This document shows, one piece after another, positions 1-8,724 of a stretch of 64,000 nucleotides of DNA; the stretch's first letter is position 1, and each line of letters begins with the position of its first letter. This DNA comes from Sulfolobales archaeon HS-7. Lineage in GTDB: Archaea; Thermoproteota; Thermoprotei_A; Sulfolobales; Sulfolobaceae. The notes under the pieces were generated by a model. That model had not been told where the DNA came from. It saw only the letters and a list, made by a program, of their open reading frames with translations, and did not search any database. The position numbers were made by a program, and so were the translations under genes. The DNA is taken from positions 64,001 to 128,000 of the forward strand of contig AP024596.1 in assembly GCA_019704295.1 (NCBI GenBank), written 5' to 3'.

Positions 1-1207
1 CCATGACAGAGAGTGGAGCCTTTGCCGCTCCTCCGAAAGTAGAGACCATACCTATAATGACAAAGGGGGCTATTGATGGTACTAGGGTGGGAAAAAGTAT
101 GTGGAATAGAAGACCTATGTCCCCTCCAAGAAATGCGCCTATGAATATACCTGGTGCAAACACCCCCCCGCTACCGCCAGACCCTATCGTTAGCGATGTC
201 GCTATTATCTTAACAAATGGGAGTAGAGCTAACAAGAGGATAATCGGGATACCTATAGTGTAGAACTCGTTCAGCTTATTAAACTCAAGGAGATCAACCC
301 AACCGTAACCAGTTGCTATAACTTCCGGAAAAACGAGAGCAATTAAACCCATTGAAAACGCTCCTATAACGGGCTTTAGGTAGTTTGATACTCTTAATCG
401 CCTAAAGATATTAGTGACTTTGTAAAAGGTCTTGATGTACAGTATTCCCACCAATCCTGCGGCGATGCCCAATACGGCGTAAAGAGGTAGTCGTAGAGGA
501 TCGAATGGTTCCACGTAATTTCCGAAGATAGGCGTAAAACCGACGACCGAACCAAAAATTGAATACCCGATTGCTGACGCCACAAGTGCCGGGTAAATAA
601 CCTCTGGTTCCATGTCCCTTTTATAAAGAATCTCAGAAGCTAGAAGCGCGCCTCCAATTGGCGTTTTAAATATGGTACCAATCCCCGCCCCTATACCTAC
701 AGCTACCGCTCTTCTTCTATCCTCTGGTGATAACTGTAACAAATCCGCTAAGATAGAACCAAGTCCCGCCGAAAGCTGGGCTGTTGGCCCTTCCCTTCCC
801 GCACTTCCCCCTGACCCTATGGTAATGGCCGATGCAATGAGCTTTATGGGAACTACTCGCCACCTGATTTTTCCCTGCTTGTTATGATAAGCAGAAATCG
901 CTGCATCAGTTCCATGTCCTTCAGCCTCCGGTGCAAAGGTGTATACTAAAAGACCTGAAATGCCACCACCTATTGCTGTAACCAGAGGGATGAGATAGAA
1001 CCTCTCTGCAGAGAAGGTGTAAGTTAGACTCCCTCCCTCTCCCAAAGGAACGGGTAGGGTTAAACCAACGATCTGTTTCAAAAACAGGTACTCAGCCAAC
1101 CTTATAGCAAAGTAGAACGTGAGAGACGAAAGCCCAGCTATCACCCCTAGGAGTAGTCCGAGCAAGAACCACTTCTCGAAGTATGGGAGGCGGGAGAGAT
1201 TATACAT
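1..1207 (-). CDS. CLC-family chloride channel / Cl-/H+ antiporter (runs off the left edge; absent from the ORF track)
   Basis: Manual minus-strand translation from ATG at 1207: [17 protein letters not shown]...[11 protein letters not shown]...[11 protein letters not shown]...[17 protein letters not shown] and GxFAP are CLC signature motifs. Confidence 0.9.
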   Translation of the reverse strand, partial: MYNLSRLPYFEKWFLLGLLLGVIAGLSSLTFYFAIRLAEYLFLKQIVGLTLPVPLGEGGSLTYTFSAERFYLIPLVTAIGGGISGLLVYTFAPEAEGHGTDAAISAYHNKQGKIRWRVVPIKLIASAITIGSGGSAGREGPTAQLSAGLGSILADLLQLSPEDRRRAVAVGIGAGIGTIFKTPIGGALLASEILYKRDMEPEVIYPALVASAIGYSIFGSVVGFTPIFGNYVEPFDPLRLPLYAVLGIAAGLVGILYIKTFYKVTNIFRRLRVSNYLKPVIGAFSMGLIALVFPEVIATGYGWVDLLEFNKLNEFYTIGIPIILLLALLPFVKIIATSLTIGSGGSGGVFAPGIFIGAFLGGDIGLLFHILFPTLVPSIAPFVIIGMVSTFGGAAKAPLSVM

Positions 1208-1331
1208 TGGATTAATCATTATGTCATTTTGAAATAAAGTTAGGGGTAATTCACGTCTCCTTTGCGAGTTTAGTTTATTTCATGGAACATAACAAATCTA
1301 ATTCAATGCTATCGCAATGACTGAGGGGATT

Positions 1332-1482
1332 TATGCTTAGTTAGACCTTGAGGGTAAAGGGAAAAATCTCTTATAAGGCACTGCATAACACGTCCTTCTC
1401 TGGGGAATACTAGGAATTATGGTTTGGAATGCTTATTACGTAGAAGCTAATCACCTTGGTTTTTATGGTCTGACAAAGTATA
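1332..1482. mobile_element. MITE family A, copy 1 (~150 bp, imperfect 29-bp terminal inverted repeats)
   Basis: Left tatgcttagttagaccttgagggtaaagg versus right ccttggtttttatggtctgacaaagtata. Shares both ends and internal ggcactgcataacacg...actaggaat with 31752-32020. Flanked by a GATT direct repeat. Confidence 0.7.
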
Positions 1483-1617
1483 GATTTAGAAATTTATTAT
1501 GTTTTATCTTTCTTTCTCAATTTAATTTACAATAGAACCTGAATAGCCAAAGTTAAGGGACATTCAATGAGGAATTCTTGAAAACCAATTTTTAGTTAGG
1601 ACTATTTATTGTGCCAT

Positions 1618-2466
1618 ATGAAAGTAGCAATTATCGGAGCAGGTTATGCAGGACTTAACGCGTATTACTCCTTGAAGGGGAGATCCGTTGAGATCATCTC
1701 GGAAGGGGAAAACTTCACGTTTTACACAAACTCTTACCTGCAAGACAAAATAGCAAGAGTGGATTTCGTAAGGGTAAGTAAAGTAACAGAGGTGGATCTG
1801 AAGGATGGTAGTTTTAAGGCTAAACAAGAGGAAAAGCCTGACGTGCTGATCGTTGCCGTTGGATGTAACCACACTGAACAGCTAAAGGTGATAAGGGATT
1901 ACATATCAAAGGGGGGATGCATATCATCTGAAACGAAATATGACGAGTATATGGCTATACAATCTGCGCTCTACCTGTCAAAGCGTTCAAGGGCCGCTAA
2001 ATATCACGGTGAATTCATGAAGTGGTTAGGAAGGGGGGTTGATCAAAAGTTAAGTAATTTTCTAGAGAGAAATGGAGTAGATACTTGTGAATCCCCATCC
2101 CACGTTATACCTCAATGTAACCCCAATCTCTTTGACGAGTTCATTCCAGTTAATAGTTACCTAATGCATGGTAGAACCTTCGTTATAGGCGATATAGCCG
2201 ACTACGGTCCGAAACTAGGCGAACTTTCCATGCGAATGGGAATTCACGTCGGTAGGGAAATCTCTCACGGATTAAGTCGCTTTATCCCCATTTACATACA
2301 CATGTTTCAGGGAAAGAAACGAGGTCTAAGGATAGTGAGTGACGTTCCGTGGGGAGGTAGAAAAGTAATTGTAAGGGAATCCGTTCTTTACAACTTTATG
2401 AAGTCCTTCATTAACGTCTACTATCCGTTGAGGAAAGGGAGAATGGGTTTCCTGGTAAAGATTTAA
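1618..2466 (+). CDS. FAD/NAD(P)-dependent oxidoreductase, short SQR/NDH-2-like
   Basis: N-terminal Rossmann motif KVAIIGAGYAG, second FAD motif FVIGD, PKLGE. ATG at 1618 preferred over the track start. Confidence 0.7.
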   Translation: MKVAIIGAGYAGLNAYYSLKGRSVEIISEGENFTFYTNSYLQDKIARVDFVRVSKVTEVDLKDGSFKAKQEEKPDVLIVAVGCNHTEQLKVIRDYISKGGCISSETKYDEYMAIQSALYLSKRSRAAKYHGEFMKWLGRGVDQKLSNFLERNGVDTCESPSHVIPQCNPNLFDEFIPVNSYLMHGRTFVIGDIADYGPKLGELSMRMGIHVGREISHGLSRFIPIYIHMFQGKKRGLRIVSDVPWGGRKVIVRESVLYNFMKSFINVYYPLRKGRMGFLVKI

Positions 2467-2478
2467 CAGGTAAGTTAG

Positions 2479-3387
2479 TTACAGAATTCGCGGGAAACCT
2501 AATATAACGTCGAGAATCACTCCCAACCCTAAGACGATTGATGAGTAAATGTTGAAATAAAACGCCTTTCCGAAGTTTCCAGACGTAGCATAAGCATAAG
2601 CCCTTAGCATGATCAAGCCGTGAAGCAATGTTGCCAAGTAGGATATAGCTCCTAACGAATACCAGTAATCCCCGACGAAGGCTAAGGTAACTGAGGCCAC
2701 CTGATTAAGACCTGCGAAGGCGAGGGCTCTTTTCCCTAACGTGACTGCAAAACTATGTAGGCCCATCTCTCGGTCGAAATCCTCATCAGGTATATGATTG
2801 TAAAGATCAAATCCTACCGCCCAAAAAACAGTTGCAACTATGAAGAACCAAGGAAGTCTGTAAATCAGGGTCGTAAACGAGGAGACATCCCCGCCTATTC
2901 CCGCTACTGCTCCTCCAAACACTGCGAGGGCCTGTATCGATGCCAAGTGGTAGTTTGCAAGAGAAGTTATTCTCTTCATATATGGGTAGGACATTGTAAC
3001 TCCAGCTACTAGGGGGGAGAACAGAAGTGCCCAGAAGTTAATGAAATAGGTCGAAACGAAAAAGCCAATTAGACCTATGGCTATCATAATTTTCGCTTCC
3101 CTAACTGTTATTGCCCCAGTAACCAAGGGTCTATTTTTCGTTCTAGGATTCCTTGAGTCTATATCCCTGTCCGCTAAGTTGTCATTAGTCATTCCAGCTA
3201 TTCTGAGGAAAAATAACGATACAAAGACAAGGATCAGGATCCTTAACGTGGGAATCCCCCTTAACGCTACGAATGCACCCAGGTAGGCCATTGGTAAACT
3301 GAAGAACGTCTGCTCTATTCTAAGGAATTTCATTATAACGTAAAGCTTTCCTTTGTTTCCTCCTAGGCCTCCTGGATCCCACGCCAT
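2479..3387 (-). CDS. ubiA: UbiA-family prenyltransferase (4-hydroxybenzoate polyprenyltransferase-like)
   Basis: Asp-rich motifs DNLADRDID-x-RNPRTKNRPL and YNHIPDEDFD; multiple TM helices; ATG at 3387 (MAWDPGG). Confidence 0.85.
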   Translation of the reverse strand: MAWDPGGLGGNKGKLYVIMKFLRIEQTFFSLPMAYLGAFVALRGIPTLRILILVFVSLFFLRIAGMTNDNLADRDIDSRNPRTKNRPLVTGAITVREAKIMIAIGLIGFFVSTYFINFWALLFSPLVAGVTMSYPYMKRITSLANYHLASIQALAVFGGAVAGIGGDVSSFTTLIYRLPWFFIVATVFWAVGFDLYNHIPDEDFDREMGLHSFAVTLGKRALAFAGLNQVASVTLAFVGDYWYSLGAISYLATLLHGLIMLRAYAYATSGNFGKAFYFNIYSSIVLGLGVILDVILGFPRIL

Positions 3388-3572
3388 AGTAAACGATACC
3401 TTGCAAAAGTTAAGAGTTTTACTATTTGGATTTTTTACTAGGAAGGTTTGGGGAGAGAACACTGTTCATAAAAAGAGCAGACGTAATGCGTCCATGATGT
3501 GTAATTGAGGTTTAGTTAAACCAAAATCCGTAGTAAAAAAATATAAAATCCCTAAAGTTGTTATACTAAACT

Positions 3573-4157
3573 ATGGAAAAATTCATCGAGTTAAGTAGGG
3601 GAAAAATTAGGTTCATTGAGATGGGGGAGGGAGATCGAACGGTTATCCTATTTCATGGTGCCAGATTTACCGCTGATACTTGGAGTCAGGTTGGAACGCT
3701 AGAAGCTATTGCTAACGCGGGATTCAGGGCAGTTGCAGTAGACTTCCCTGGATTCGGTAAGTCTAAGGGAAATTACGCATCGCTCAATCAGTTTGTGGAG
3801 GAATTCGTTAGGATGTTCAATAAACCCGTGTTACTTGGCGCCTCAATGGGAGGCGAGCAGGCTCTCAGCTTCTCAGTGAATCATCCGGATTTGATTAGCG
3901 GACTTATCTTAGTTGGTGCCGTTAGTGTAGCTAATTATTCAAAGGAGTTGAACAAAATAAAGGACATACCTATACTACTGATTTGGGGGAAACGCGATAC
4001 AGTGTCTCCAATTGAAAACGCAAGGTTAATACAGGGAGTTATCCCCCACGCAATACTGGTGCATGTAGGGGAACAACATGCCTGTTACCTCGACGATCCA
4101 AAGGGATTTAACGAAGAGGTGAGAAAATTCCTAACGAACTTGATCAAATTACGTTAA
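3573..4157 (+). CDS. Alpha/beta hydrolase (ABHD14B-like)
   Basis: LFHG, DFPGFGKS, nucleophile elbow GASMGG, HACYLD. Confidence 0.85.
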   Translation: MEKFIELSRGKIRFIEMGEGDRTVILFHGARFTADTWSQVGTLEAIANAGFRAVAVDFPGFGKSKGNYASLNQFVEEFVRMFNKPVLLGASMGGEQALSFSVNHPDLISGLILVGAVSVANYSKELNKIKDIPILLIWGKRDTVSPIENARLIQGVIPHAILVHVGEQHACYLDDPKGFNEEVRKFLTNLIKLR

Positions 4158-4207
4158 GGGAAGTTCTCTCAGATCGGAGATACGTCATTATACTCAATCA
4201 CCTTAAG

Positions 4208-4750
4208 ATGGCTAACGTCGATTACGGGAAGTCCATAATGATGAACACCAAAATACCCATAGAGGATGTTGTAATGCTTCTTGAGAAATTAGAGTCCATG
4301 GGTCTTATAGAGAGGGTTATGGGTTCTGCTCTGAAGAACACTAAGGCCAAGTTTAAGTTAAGTCCAGAAGTACATAAACACCACACTTACTACACGCTTA
4401 CTAGAAAAGGGGACATCATCTTAAGGGAATTACAGCACAAAGGAATTGACGCATATGTCGAAATAGTAAAGGAAAAGCCTGAGTACGCGCGTTACCTGAC
4501 GCTTGCTAAGGAACTAAATGCTGATCATGCACTGACCTATGCTAAGCTCTTGCACAGGCCCTTGGAAACCGTTATTAAGGAAATTGAGGAGTTAGTGAGT
4601 TTGGGATTAATGGAGGAGAAAAAGCAGAAGATAATAAAGTTCGGGGAGAGGAAATCCAAGCCTAAAAAGGAAACGAGAACACATCACAAATACTACGGTC
4701 TATCAAGAACGGGCGAACTAGTTGTGAGGAAGATCAACGGTAAAAACTGA
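4208..4750 (+). CDS. DUF2250-like tandem winged-helix protein
   Basis: Two internal repeats ending HKHHTYYTLTRKG and TRTHHKYYGLSRTG. True start may lie upstream. Confidence 0.7.
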   Translation: MANVDYGKSIMMNTKIPIEDVVMLLEKLESMGLIERVMGSALKNTKAKFKLSPEVHKHHTYYTLTRKGDIILRELQHKGIDAYVEIVKEKPEYARYLTLAKELNADHALTYAKLLHRPLETVIKEIEELVSLGLMEEKKQKIIKFGERKSKPKKETRTHHKYYGLSRTGELVVRKINGKN

Positions 4751-4779
4751 TATGTCAGGTCGCTCTAGGTGCAGGGAAG

Positions 4780-5145
4780 TTACCTAAGACTTAATATATT
4801 CTCATTTCCCTTAATCCTTTTCCTGTTTGAAAACCCCTCGCCAACGTAGTGCCAGTACATTATCTCCGGTTCACCATATCTCCAGCATAAGTAAGCCGGA
4901 GCGTCGTTAATGACGGCTGGAAAGTCTACTATTCCCTTTTCAACGTCCCTTATTATGATTCCCTTCTTAGCTATTTCGCTTACTATACTATCAACCTCCG
5001 ACACATATATAGACAGAAGTTGCTTTTCCCCCATAACGAGCGACTCCTCTACTTCCCTCCTCAACTTCTTTAATTCTTTTACTCTCTCTCTAACCCATGG
5101 CAGAAGTTCGCTAGCTGTCTCGAGGTCAAAATAAGGATAACTCAT
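4780..5145 (-). CDS. DUF2203 family protein
   Basis: YFDLETASELLP N-terminus; GIVDFP...YLCWRYGEPEIMYWH...GF..R motif. Confidence 0.85.
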   Translation of the reverse strand: MSYPYFDLETASELLPWVRERVKELKKLRREVEESLVMGEKQLLSIYVSEVDSIVSEIAKKGIIIRDVEKGIVDFPAVINDAPAYLCWRYGEPEIMYWHYVGEGFSNRKRIKGNENILSLR

Positions 5146-5183
5146 AATGGTTATTTATTTTCCTCTATTAAAAATACTCGCTC

Positions 5184-6080
5184 ATGCTCTTGGCTTTAGC
5201 AGTGACTTTAACATCGCTTATAGGCATTGCCTTATCATCGTTCATCCTTTCACGTGGGATCGAAGCTCTAGAGGAGTCCTTTGGACAGGGAACTGCTGGG
5301 GGATTAATACTAGGGTTCATCGAATCGCTACCTGAGACGATTGTGGTAATTGAGGCCCTCGCATTAAAAAGTCCTCAGATTGCAATTGGCGCATCGTTAG
5401 GTGGTAGCATAATTCTTTTTACCTTAATGTCGGGGATTGTAGTACTCTCTTCTTATCTAAAGGAAAGAGGTCCTCTACTCCTTCGGGAAGACTATAAGAC
5501 AGAAGCTATTTTTAACTTAGGTGCTGTTATGTGCGTTCTCATAATTCTGTTTTTCTTTGAAGTAAATCTCGTGAGCGGAGTAATTCTCATTGCCTTTTAC
5601 TTACTATACTCCGCTCTAAGGATCAAAAGGAGAAAAGGAGGAAAGATTAAAATCAGGAATTTAATCCAAATCTTAATAGCGGTTGCATTAACGGTGGTTA
5701 TAGCTCCCTTTTTTCTCTCAAATCTAATTTTACTGTCGACTCAGACTCGGATACCATTAATTTGGCTTTCGTTAGTTATTTCTCCTATAGGCGCTGACGT
5801 GGAGGAATTAATTAACGGATTAATACTAGCACTTATGGGGAAAGGTTCGATAGCGATAGTCAGTTTTCTCGGCGCTAAGCTGGAGAACTTCACCTTACTT
5901 CTAGGATTCACGGGTTTATTCTACGAAGTTAATCTAAGGTTATATTATTCTGAGGTATTTCCCTCGATCTTATTCTCCCTCATATTTATTCTACTAGTAT
6001 TTAGGGGGAAAATAGGAAGGATAGAGGGAGTAATTCTGATACTTCTGTACTTTCTGGCAATATCAATTCCATTCTTGTGA
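5184..6080 (+). CDS. Sodium/calcium exchanger family membrane protein
   Basis: Alpha-repeat GFIESLPE...AIGASLGGS; about 10 TM helices. Confidence 0.75.
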   Translation: MLLALAVTLTSLIGIALSSFILSRGIEALEESFGQGTAGGLILGFIESLPETIVVIEALALKSPQIAIGASLGGSIILFTLMSGIVVLSSYLKERGPLLLREDYKTEAIFNLGAVMCVLIILFFFEVNLVSGVILIAFYLLYSALRIKRRKGGKIKIRNLIQILIAVALTVVIAPFFLSNLILLSTQTRIPLIWLSLVISPIGADVEELINGLILALMGKGSIAIVSFLGAKLENFTLLLGFTGLFYEVNLRLYYSEVFPSILFSLIFILLVFRGKIGRIEGVILILLYFLAISIPFL

Positions 6081-6264
6081 TTCGCATTTACAGGTATGGG
6101 CAATAAGAATGAGGATTCCTTATTCTATATTTTTGTTGAAAAGTCCAATTAATAATATCTTACTAATGTGAGATTTTCTGTAAAATAACACTAGAAATGA
6201 TACCAATAAGGCGACGTATTTAACAAGGATAAATCTTAAATGACGTTCTTCCGTGCCCTTAAAC

Positions 6265-8724
6265 TTAGTCAATATCATTGATTTTCTCGCAGATCTCCTC
6301 TGCCGATTTTAAATTAACCAATTCCACCTTCTTGTTCTCTTCAAAGGGGATTTCTGAGAGTTTAGGATTAATTATAATTGTCCTGTATTCATTAATTCGT
6401 GAGACCCATAATATAAAGTCAAATACAATTTCGGAGAACGCCTTTACTCTCTCGTAGCTTGAGAAATACCAGGTCGCTTTCTTTAAATCGCTTCTTTGAT
6501 TTAAACACGATTCTAGAATTCTCACAAAGACCATCTCGTTTTCATTAAGTTCCTCCCTCCTAATTCCAACGGAAGGAAAGGGTTTGAATTTTACGAAATG
6601 TGATAGTACTTGTTCGTCTCTAATCTCATTCTTTAGTAATGCTATCTTCTTGAGTGAGATTACTTCCCTTGAGTTCTCCCTACTACCTCTTATTTCGAGT
6701 AACAAGTTAAGAGTGTCGTAATAAGGATCACCAGTACCAACTCCCTCCTTTGACTCACCCCTGTTTTCATCAGAGAATCCCGCGGAATCACAATTACTTA
6801 GCAATTTCATTAGTACCTCTATGTCATGTGGTGTCGCGAAGTCGCTGTAAATTGCATATAATACCTTTTTATCCCCAATCCACTCTACGAATTCCTTCAC
6901 CGAAGCACAGTTAACTTTTAGTTCTCTCCCTTTTTTTCGCTTGACATACGGCAAGTATAAGGGGATCTTCTCCTCTAATGCTGTAATCTTCCTGTCAAAG
7001 TCAATTGACTCTAGGATTCTTCTTACATTATCAGCATCTGTTGCCATAACGAATAACGTCTCGAGGAAGGAGACATCAACCCCTTCAACTTTCTGGAAAT
7101 CATGAGCGAACCTTAACCTTTTCCTAATTCCCTTAACTGGTTCTATCCTTTCTCCTCGCCCTAAGGATTGAAGCACGTATTTCTTAGCGTCTCCCTTCCC
7201 TATATTGAGGAAGAGCATAACATTGGGTCTGTTCGAGTCCCATCCCTCGTAGAACGACCTTGAACCTAAGAGAATATTAACCGAGTTTTCGTTTAGAGTA
7301 GAAAAGAAGCTCTCGTCCTTATAAGTCTGACTTACGTAATATCCAGACAATTTATAAGTTAACCATTTACTTATATCTCCTATTTTTATCATGGCAAAGG
7401 GTCTGCTCGACGTCTTAAGCTTAAATACGAGTTCCTTTGAGTTCTCGGGAATCCGTATTACCTCAATCTCTCCTGGTGCTCTAGTGTTAAAGACGTACCA
7501 TAGCACGTCCTCGTAGGAAATATTTCCTATTTCGTATCGAGAACCTTTTAGTTCCTCCATTAATTCCAAGAGAGACGTCTCATAAATCTCTCGATCCGGT
7601 AAGGTGGCTATTTTCCCCAAAGTTCGGAAGAAGATCTCTAAATCTGAGTTTCGTTTATTAACGGAATTACCTAAAACAACGAGGAGCGGTTCATGGTACG
7701 TAAGACCTTTTTCCCTAATCTTCTCCAACTCCTTTTTAGTTGCAGTGAGAATAATCAGGGACTTAATCACGGTTTTAATTTTATCTCTCTCGCTCAACTC
7801 TCCTACGTTTCCTATGTTACCGCCGAGTACGAATATCTCCTTTCCGTAACCGGAGTTTATGAACTTCGTGAGGTTAAAGTTGTAAACTGTGGTAACGATA
7901 TCCCACGGGTCAGTAAACGTGGCAGAAAAGTTGAAGAGAAACCCATTCCTGGTGAGATATGAGAGGTATACTTGTCGCCTGGAATCCTCCTTGTCACCTT
8001 TATGTGCCTCATCTAAGATAATGTACCACTTTCCCCCGTTATCTACCTCCAGGAATGATATTACCTTCTTTCCAGTATCATCGGATATCAGATCCGAACG
8101 GTATACGAATACATTAATCGAACTCTCCTCTAGTCTACTTTCCAGGCTATTTCTATCTGACAGTTCGTAAAACCTTATCTTCCTGCCGTGATCAGCATTA
8201 TATTCCTCGATATGTCTAATAACCTGATTGATAAGGTCATCCCTGGATGAAAGGATCATGATCTTCCCGAGGGGTATTTTGCCGATCCTCATTAAGTAAT
8301 CCAATAACTCGACGAGCTTTACTATGATGAGAGTTTTCCCAGAACCTGTAGCCATCCAGAACCCAGCTCTATTGACGAAATTTCGAAAGCTAATTCTCCT
8401 TTTCCTCCCAGTGTATTCCACGGGATAGTAATTCCTGATTACCTGAAACGTAGGACTTCCTTCGTTAATCCCTAACTTTGATATCAACGGTTCTACATTT
8501 ACAACCCTTTCGTAAAACCTCTCTTTTATGACGTTAATATCCTCATGGGGGGTATCTCCGTAGAAGCACCATAATAGCTTAATGATATTGTTAAGCGCAT
8601 TAACCTGATGTTCAAAAAGCTCCTTTGATTGAGAGAAAAAGTGGAAATTTTGCGGAATCCACGCGGGACTCACTTCGTCGATCTCATCGACAATTGCCTG
8701 GTATACCGGCCTTAAGATGGGCAT
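6265..8724 (-). CDS. res: Type III restriction enzyme Res subunit (SF2 helicase-like; nuclease motif possibly degenerate)
   Basis: Walker A WMATGSGKT, Walker B LDEAHKG, motif III FSAT, FYEGWDSNRPNV, QSLGRGERI. ATG at 8724 overlaps the mod stop (TAATG). Confidence 0.85.
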   Translation of the reverse strand: MPILRPVYQAIVDEIDEVSPAWIPQNFHFFSQSKELFEHQVNALNNIIKLLWCFYGDTPHEDINVIKERFYERVVNVEPLISKLGINEGSPTFQVIRNYYPVEYTGRKRRISFRNFVNRAGFWMATGSGKTLIIVKLVELLDYLMRIGKIPLGKIMILSSRDDLINQVIRHIEEYNADHGRKIRFYELSDRNSLESRLEESSINVFVYRSDLISDDTGKKVISFLEVDNGGKWYIILDEAHKGDKEDSRRQVYLSYLTRNGFLFNFSATFTDPWDIVTTVYNFNLTKFINSGYGKEIFVLGGNIGNVGELSERDKIKTVIKSLIILTATKKELEKIREKGLTYHEPLLVVLGNSVNKRNSDLEIFFRTLGKIATLPDREIYETSLLELMEELKGSRYEIGNISYEDVLWYVFNTRAPGEIEVIRIPENSKELVFKLKTSSRPFAMIKIGDISKWLTYKLSGYYVSQTYKDESFFSTLNENSVNILLGSRSFYEGWDSNRPNVMLFLNIGKGDAKKYVLQSLGRGERIEPVKGIRKRLRFAHDFQKVEGVDVSFLETLFVMATDADNVRRILESIDFDRKITALEEKIPLYLPYVKRKKGRELKVNCASVKEFVEWIGDKKVLYAIYSDFATPHDIEVLMKLLSNCDSAGFSDENRGESKEGVGTGDPYYDTLNLLLEIRGSRENSREVISLKKIALLKNEIRDEQVLSHFVKFKPFPSVGIRREELNENEMVFVRILESCLNQRSDLKKATWYFSSYERVKAFSEIVFDFILWVSRINEYRTIIINPKLSEIPFEENKKVELVNLKSAEEICEKINDID

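Noticed and set aside
3-887. Track ORFs 3-263, 394-585 and 672-887
   Set aside because: Shadow frames of the minus-strand CLC gene that runs off the window edge.
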